From Myxococcota bacterium (lineage in GTDB: Bacteria > Myxococcota_A > SURF-8 > G963663525), in NCBI GenBank assembly GCA_963676915.2, contig CAXXVK010000006.1, forward strand, positions 66,089-130,088: DNA of 64,000 nucleotides. Reading direction: 5' to 3'. Shown one piece after another: positions 57,880 to 64,000 of the stretch. Made by a program: the position numbers and the translations under genes. The first letter of the stretch is position 1. Each line of letters begins with the position of its first letter. Below the pieces are notes generated by a model that saw only the letters and a program-made list of their open reading frames with translations, searched no databases and was not told the origin of the DNA.

Positions 57880-59604
57880 TTAAAGATCCTCTGAGATGTA
57901 GCCGAAATAGCGACCCATCCAGTACGGTAACAGGAAACCCGCTGGAGGATTTGCCGACTTCAGATCCTCTGCGCACACCTCTCGCTGGTTGGGATCTCCC
58001 CACCATTCGAAAACCGAAGAGCAGCGCTCGTTCACCGGGATGGGGTGTTCCGCCAGGCTGCCATGTCGTTCGGAATCACACCAATGTGTATATGTTGAGG
58101 CATCCTTCGCTCGGCGAATGTTGTCGGTAGGGAATTGCTTGAGTGTACAAATGGCATCCTCGATCAGCGTCTTTACTTCCTGCTGATCGTACCCTTCAGG
58201 CTCCATACGACTGACCAGCATCATATTGCGAAACGGATTTTCTTCCTCCCATAGGTCGCGTCCCTCGCTGTCCGGGCCTTTCGTATTTCCCCGAAAAACC
58301 GTGCGGTATTCATTCCGCAGGTCCGAATCTTCTTCAAACCAGATCAGGTTGAAATAGTTCAACTCCGCAATGGAAATCGTGTCGTAATTGGAGTTGCATC
58401 CCAAGGATAACCCCATGCTATCCAGGTATTCCCTATAGTCCTGCGGAATTTCGAAGGGTTGGTCGATGCATTTCAGTTCACCCGAAAGCTGAAGAAGACA
58501 ATCGTTGTATATGTTCAGCAACTCTTCATCCCCTGTCGCCACAGCCGCTTCCTTAATCCAGGCCAGCGCCATGATCGCATTGGAGCCGGGCATTTCGTCC
58601 AGACTCATGGCGTGAGCGGAACCATAACGAGTGGGGCGTCCGTCGAAATCGGTGATCCAGAAGTCGTTGTCTACCAGGAAATGGCCGACTTTACGGAGAA
58701 TATCAAGGGCAATCCGACGCACATCCGGGTCATCCACGATTTTGGCGACGATCCCGGCGGCAAACATGTGTCCCGCATACTCATCTTTACTGACATTACG
58801 TTGCCAACAGAAACCAGAAAAGCGAGTATCCGTGCAATGATCCGAATGTTTTTGCCAACCACCCTGTCCGTTGTTTGCGGAGGTATCCCAATCCATGAAA
58901 CATCCGTTCTCGTCGATTTTGACAAACGAATTACCAACCATGCTATCATCGGGTGGAATGTAGCGCGCATATTTTTCATTGTCGTCAGCCGCGCTGGCGT
59001 AGGGTTCTTCTTCCTCAATGCAAAATTGTTCTGGCAACGCAGGATCGCGGAAATCCCGTGTATACAATCCGTTCTGCCCGGTGATTAAAAGCATTTGGTA
59101 CGTACCGTTGAGTGTGCGTTTCAATTGCTTCAGGGCCAAGTCATCACCGGTTGCAGCATAGCGAAATGCCTGAGACGCTACATAGAGACTCGTCCATAAA
59201 CCATTGTTTTCCGAAAGACTAAACGTGCAAGAGGGTAACTGGTCATCCGATACAATCGTACTTGGAACGTCCGCATTACATTGGATACGAAATACACGGG
59301 AATACTCTTCATGTCCCTGGGATTCAGCGGGTACTTGATGCAGTGCGGGGACGATCCAGTCATAATAGGCAGCCTTGTCTTTCAGCGTCACTCCGGTCAG
59401 GTAATCCTGTTGCGGACAATCGGACCATTCTTCCTGCGGTCCTGTCCAGACCTCGCGATAATCCCAGCCCGTGTCGCTATCCTGTTCCAGGTCTACTTCA
59501 GATTCAATATCCCCATCCGTTTGTTGCATCCCATCATCTGTTGTTTGACAAGCGGCACCTAAAACAACAAAAAAAGCAATAATTACCAAGTCTTTGATCG
59601 TCAT
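57880..59604 (-). CDS. Hypothetical lipoprotein, probable alpha/alpha-barrel enzyme
   Basis: Lipobox 'GAAC' and acidic linker; helical domain with 'ENNGLWTSLYVASQAFRYA', 'SKDEYAGH', 'FLLPYWMGRY'. Confidence 0.6.
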   Translation of the reverse strand: MTIKDLVIIAFFVVLGAACQTTDDGMQQTDGDIESEVDLEQDSDTGWDYREVWTGPQEEWSDCPQQDYLTGVTLKDKAAYYDWIVPALHQVPAESQGHEEYSRVFRIQCNADVPSTIVSDDQLPSCTFSLSENNGLWTSLYVASQAFRYAATGDDLALKQLKRTLNGTYQMLLITGQNGLYTRDFRDPALPEQFCIEEEEPYASAADDNEKYARYIPPDDSMVGNSFVKIDENGCFMDWDTSANNGQGGWQKHSDHCTDTRFSGFCWQRNVSKDEYAGHMFAAGIVAKIVDDPDVRRIALDILRKVGHFLVDNDFWITDFDGRPTRYGSAHAMSLDEMPGSNAIMALAWIKEAAVATGDEELLNIYNDCLLQLSGELKCIDQPFEIPQDYREYLDSMGLSLGCNSNYDTISIAELNYFNLIWFEEDSDLRNEYRTVFRGNTKGPDSEGRDLWEEENPFRNMMLVSRMEPEGYDQQEVKTLIEDAICTLKQFPTDNIRRAKDASTYTHWCDSERHGSLAEHPIPVNERCSSVFEWWGDPNQREVCAEDLKSANPPAGFLLPYWMGRYFGYISEDL

Positions 59605-60000
59605 CGTGTTTTGCTTTCGGTAAAGTTATTTTCACCAATATACGCGTCAGGAATCGATGAAGTTCATAACACACCTGTTGAAAAGCACCAATACGTAAAA
59701 ACTGATAAGTCCATTTTGCAAATAGCTTGATGAAAGCTCTGTCACCCGTAGTGAGGACCACCTGACGAGTTAGAATCGAGGTTGAGCATACGGCTCGCGG
59801 ATGGCCTGCCTCTGGGTGAGTTGTAAAATTTCCCTATTACTTGAACCCCCTTTCCTTTTCCGCTATACATCAACCATCAATCGATCATCGCGAAACTTGG
59901 AGTTTTCTTGCCTTTCAGGATTGCCGAAAGGATTACAGATAATCCACGTTCACACTGTAGTATAGTCGGAGGAAGTTACCGAAAAAACGGGAGTAAAAGC

Positions 60001-61482
60001 ATGGTACAAACAGCGCAATCTTTCCATTCAAACATCATGTATCGTCTCCTGTTGTCAATACTGCTCCTGCTGTTGATCGCTTTTCCAGCATGTGAGGATC
60101 GTTCGGATACTTCCAATCCTATCGCCGGGGATGATGACGGTGGGGAGCAAGATGGTACGGAAGACGGTGAAAACTCCCAGACTCCGTCGCTGCCTCTAGC
60201 TCTGTGTGGCATGAACCCCTATACATTGCTCGAAAGAGACAAGGTGGGAGATCTGGTGGATTGGGAAGAGATGACCTTTTACAATCTGACTCCTTCTACG
60301 GTGGATGCATTACTCACGGCAGGGGGCTATGCTCAACTGACACCTTCTGCCTTCGGAAGCCGTGTTTTCCGTTATCGTTACACCACACAGGATAAAGGAC
60401 GACAGGTCGAGGCAACGGCGCTTTTGTCTGTGCCTGCCCATGTCGACATGCCGGAAGATGGCCTGCCATATTATTTCTTTCTACATGGAACGGCAGGGTT
60501 TTCCGACCCATGCGCTCCGAGTCGATCTGACAGCACAGCTTTGATTGGAGTAATCCTGGCGACCAATGGATTCATCGGAATTTTACCCGATTACATAGGC
60601 ATGAATGGTTTCGGAGCGCCGAGTGAAGTTGCACATGCCTACACGGTGGGTGAACAGGCGGCAATCGGTTCCTGGGATGCGTTGCGAGCAGCCGAAATCC
60701 TCATTGCCGAGGAATTGGCCGACACGATCACTCCCAACGGTAAAACCGTGATTTTCGGCGGTTCCCAAGGGGGGCATTCTGCGTTCTTCACCGAGCGCTA
60801 TGGTCCCTATTATGCGCCCGAATACGATGTCAAGGCTGTGATTGCCGTTGCTCCACCCATCGATGTCCGTACCCTTATGGTCGATGCTTTGTCTACGTAT
60901 TCGGATTCAACGTACAGTTTCCTTGCGGCTTTGACCGCGATGCGTCTTTGGTACGGTGAACCTGCCAGTCTGGAGAGCGTGTTTACAAACGAAGAACCCT
61001 ACTATTTCAGTAATACCGCCGAAGAGAATATTTATCCCGTGGAGGAATGCAATCCGGGAGACGCGGTCAAGGAAGCCTCCATCACCTCGGTTTTCAACGA
61101 CTCATTCAGACAGGCAGTGCTCGATGAGCGCTGGGAAGATATCGAGCCATGGACCTGCTATCTCAAGGAATCCGAGATCTACAACAGCAGTGTTCCAGCC
61201 CTGCGCTACACACCTACGCTCGTTGTTTTCGGTGAAAACGACGAGCTTGTTATCACCGATAAACAGCAGGAGCACTTTGAAGCATTATGTCAAGACGGTC
61301 ACATGCTTGAATATTTGGAATGCTCCGGAGCACCTCACATCGATGTCACGGTCTGGTCGCTTTTCGAGCAATTTGCATGGGCTAGGGACCGACTTGCCGA
61401 TAAGGAGTTGGATCAAAGTGTACAATGTCGGATTCTGGATCCGATTTGTTGCTCGGGAACTCCTGAGGATGTCTGCGAATGA
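60001..61482 (+). CDS. Secretory lipase (LIP family alpha/beta hydrolase) lipoprotein
   Basis: Lipobox 'FPAC'; 'HGTAG', 'PDYIG', nucleophile 'GGSQGG', 'GENDELV', 'GAPH'. Start 60001 or 60037. Confidence 0.85.
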   Translation: MVQTAQSFHSNIMYRLLLSILLLLLIAFPACEDRSDTSNPIAGDDDGGEQDGTEDGENSQTPSLPLALCGMNPYTLLERDKVGDLVDWEEMTFYNLTPSTVDALLTAGGYAQLTPSAFGSRVFRYRYTTQDKGRQVEATALLSVPAHVDMPEDGLPYYFFLHGTAGFSDPCAPSRSDSTALIGVILATNGFIGILPDYIGMNGFGAPSEVAHAYTVGEQAAIGSWDALRAAEILIAEELADTITPNGKTVIFGGSQGGHSAFFTERYGPYYAPEYDVKAVIAVAPPIDVRTLMVDALSTYSDSTYSFLAALTAMRLWYGEPASLESVFTNEEPYYFSNTAEENIYPVEECNPGDAVKEASITSVFNDSFRQAVLDERWEDIEPWTCYLKESEIYNSSVPALRYTPTLVVFGENDELVITDKQQEHFEALCQDGHMLEYLECSGAPHIDVTVWSLFEQFAWARDRLADKELDQSVQCRILDPICCSGTPEDVCE

Positions 61483-61945
61483 AGTGAGAATGGAGCTTCT
61501 TGCTTCCAAAGGGTAATGAGTTTCCCTGAGGTTCAGCTCTTTTAAAATTTTATTTTTTAAAAGTATTAAACTCCACACCACTCACTTATTTAGGTGTTTA
61601 TATGTGGCCAAGGCGCTGTTGATCTTCGCTCCATCGGAAAAGGTCATTAAACCATTTCGCCATCAAGAAGTGTAATGGTATTGTACATTCTATCAAGAAA
61701 CGCTAATAATGGGGGGATTCAATTATTTTCGCCAAATTTATCCAAAAGCGAATCGAAAAGAAAAGATTCGATCCGTCACATAAGGAAAGACGCGATTTGC
61801 CTTTAAGTATCGAGAGATGTAAAAATGAAAAGGATGTAGAAAGGCAATATTAACATGCTAAAAACAACAATGACGATTAGGAAGCGGCAATTACAAAATA
61901 ATTACGATTTCTGATTGAAATTAAATTCATTAGAGGAAGGTAAAC

Positions 61946-62305
61946 ATGCCACGCTTGGAATTTTTTCAAAACGGTGAAAAATTCATCCAATTGCAACTCG
62001 AAAACGAAGAAATCACGTTCGGTCGTTCCAGTCAGTGTGATGTCACATTAGCCGGACCGAGTATTTCACGGGTTCATGCCAAAATCGAACCGATTGGTGA
62101 CCAATGGAAGTTGGTCAATCTCGGGCGAAACGGGACACGAGTCAACGCGGAATTCATTGAAAAGGAAAAAAATCTGGCATTTGGCGATAGAATTTACATC
62201 GATCACTATACGGCAATGTTTGTCGATGACGATATCGAAGAATCTTCCGATACCGTAACCTTGACGAAAATTCGTATCGAAGACGTAAAAAAAGAAGCGG
62301 AATAG
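61946..62305 (+). CDS. FHA domain protein
   Basis: 'ITFGRS', 'SISRVHA', 'GRNGTRVN', 'GDRIYI'. Confidence 0.92.
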   Translation: MPRLEFFQNGEKFIQLQLENEEITFGRSSQCDVTLAGPSISRVHAKIEPIGDQWKLVNLGRNGTRVNAEFIEKEKNLAFGDRIYIDHYTAMFVDDDIEESSDTVTLTKIRIEDVKKEAE

Positions 62306-62324
62306 AAGAAAATCGGCAAAACTT

Positions 62325-63482
62325 CTACGAACCCATCAAAACATTCGAAACGTTTCGACGCGGAGTCGCCGGGCTTTCATCTGATCGTCCAAGCCGAATC
62401 AACATCTGAGGTTGTAGCCAAGTGGGTAAAGCGGACCATAAGCTGAAGTCTTGGTACGTTTTTTGAGCCAAAAGAATTTGATTCAACGGTTGACTGGAGA
62501 TCACACGGTGGACACAAGCCAGTTGGAAACGATAGTAAGCACGACCCGACTGGAAAGTACTTTCGAAATCCGGGGGAGAGGCTTGTAGCAAAAATCCTTG
62601 CGCCGTCATGGCCTGAACTCGTGCGCTCTGCGCCATGAAGTCGATGAATTTCTTATTGAAGAGATCGTCGGAAGCTCCCGTTTTTCTTGCAAAATACAGT
62701 TTCGTTCCGGTATATCCGTAATGCTCCATACCGATTCCGTCCATATGTTTTACAAGATCGTCCACGCTCCAGCGCATCCAGCGCATACGGTCGGTCCAGA
62801 GGTCACGATCCTCGGCCAATTCACGAATGGCTTGCTCGCAAAGAGTGGCGATTTTTTCCCGCTCACCTTCACTTAGCCACAACCGAACGGAAAGACCGCT
62901 GCCTTTCAATTCATTTGTCAAATCATCGAGTTCACCACTCATGAACGATGATTGCGTGAAGGGAAGACGATTGGTGCGACGTCTAGCAATAAAATGGAAT
63001 TTCGGGTCCATTTCCGTGCTTCCGAAACTGCCGAAAACAAGGCGTGCAACCGGTTGGCGTCCATCTTGCCAACCTTCTTGTCCTTTGGGAAACGGTAAAA
63101 TCGTAGTTTTTCTTTGGCAGGCGCTGGCGGCGATAGAAGCCGCTTCAGCGAAGCAACCAAGTCCGATCAGAGCTTCACGTCCCATCGGATCGGCTACCGG
63201 CATCATACGCTGAGGGTTGACGTGAAGGTCGAAGCCATCCTCGAAAAGGCGAACCAACCACGGTTGGCTGTTGCAGGGACTCGGTGCGAGAATCGCGTAA
63301 GCTAGCGAATACGTTGCAGGGTTGATGTCCTGTTGCGGGGAGGGCAAGGTACGCCACGCTGAAATCGCTTGCTTGAGTTTGTCCTGATCCATGCCGCAAG
63401 CCGATAACCATGCTCCCTGTCCAGCGAGGATAAGTCCCATCGGTCCGATGCCTGCGATTCGTAAAAATTTCCTTCGATCCAT
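62325..63482 (-). CDS. Acg-family nitroreductase-like protein with a Tat/lipoprotein signal
   Basis: 'MDRRKFL...LSAC'; 'LAPSPCNSQPW', 'IGLGC', 'RRTNRLPF', 'RLGR...TPRR'. Confidence 0.8.
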   Translation of the reverse strand: MDRRKFLRIAGIGPMGLILAGQGAWLSACGMDQDKLKQAISAWRTLPSPQQDINPATYSLAYAILAPSPCNSQPWLVRLFEDGFDLHVNPQRMMPVADPMGREALIGLGCFAEAASIAASACQRKTTILPFPKGQEGWQDGRQPVARLVFGSFGSTEMDPKFHFIARRRTNRLPFTQSSFMSGELDDLTNELKGSGLSVRLWLSEGEREKIATLCEQAIRELAEDRDLWTDRMRWMRWSVDDLVKHMDGIGMEHYGYTGTKLYFARKTGASDDLFNKKFIDFMAQSARVQAMTAQGFLLQASPPDFESTFQSGRAYYRFQLACVHRVISSQPLNQILLAQKTYQDFSLWSALPTWLQPQMLIRLGRSDESPATPRRNVSNVLMGS

Positions 63483-63497
63483 CACATTTCTTTCATG

Positions 63498-64000
63498 TCA
63501 GTACAATGCACGAATTTCTGTTCCAGGATAGAAAAAGTGGAGAATCTGCCGGTAGCTGAAATTCTGCTCTGCCATTCCGGCAGCACTCCACTGGCACATG
63601 CCGACGCCGTGACCGTTGCCACGACCTTGGAAGCGGTATTTGTTCCCATGTCGTTTGAAACTGAATTTTGTGCTTGGAAGTTTCGTAAAACCCAAGGCTT
63701 TTCGAAATTCGTTGCCGGTAAATGTTTTCGAAACCTTTCCGTATCGTAGTGTAACTTCCTGTACACGCCCCGATTCGTCTCGTTTCGTGACGATTAAAAA
63801 AAAGCGTTTGCCATGCATTTTGGGGATTTCCAACCGACGCATGACCGTTTCAAGCGGAAAATCGGCTTGCCAGTGATCTTTCGGAGATTTCGAACCGTAA
63901 GGGCTAGTAATACTTTTCAAGTAGGGAAAAGGTTTTCCCCAAACGGATTCCGAAGAGGTAGTTTGGCCACCGCAGGTCGAATGGTAAAATGTGGCGGCGA
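63498..64000 (-). CDS. SpoIID/LytB family protein (C-terminal part; truncated by the window edge)
   Basis: 'FYHSTCGGQT', 'PYLKS', 'GRGNGHGVGMCQWSAAGMA', 'ILHFFYPG'. Confidence 0.9.
   Translation of the reverse strand, partial: AATFYHSTCGGQTTSSESVWGKPFPYLKSITSPYGSKSPKDHWQADFPLETVMRRLEIPKMHGKRFFLIVTKRDESGRVQEVTLRYGKVSKTFTGNEFRKALGFTKLPSTKFSFKRHGNKYRFQGRGNGHGVGMCQWSAAGMAEQNFSYRQILHFFYPGTEIRALY

Noticed and set aside
59761-59800. CTGACGAG resembling a hammerhead ribozyme core
   Set aside because: There is no downstream GAAA or stem II/III arrangement, so the catalytic core is incomplete.
1-64000. CRISPR array, rRNA, DGR/retron reverse transcriptase, intact prophage or transposase
   Set aside because: No regularly spaced repeats, rRNA-like sequence, RT motifs, or phage/transposase ORFs were seen.

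Overview
Bacterial chromosomal window. The host is probably a Myxococcota/Desulfobacterota-like deltaproteobacterium; this is inferred from a MYXO-CTERM-like protein, Cys-rich acidic lipoproteins, rubrerythrin, non-Cys Thi4 and split PurH. Housekeeping blocks are: an acyl-CoA dehydrogenase/carboxylase operon, TPP riboswitch-thi4-thiE, yqeY-ribF-GT4, an arginine operon (orfX-argC-argD-argB-argE-argR-argG-argH), aroD-aroE/K-aroA-aroC and split purH. A tRNA-Pro(CGG) with a decayed integrase marks the start of an accessory region (about 26.7-43.6 kb). That region carries a triple C-type-lectin/FG-GAP lipoprotein next to a solute-binding-protein/legumain (C13) fusion, a divergent two-component system, and a lexA-DUF72-imuB-dnaE2 cassette lacking imuA. 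The best candidates for undescribed biology are: (1) a DUF1611-like P-loop protein heading an arg operon that has no argA/argJ, a possible new N-acylglutamate synthase; (2) the lectin/legumain module; (3) the DUF72-type mutasome. All calls come from motif recognition by eye; no database searches were run.
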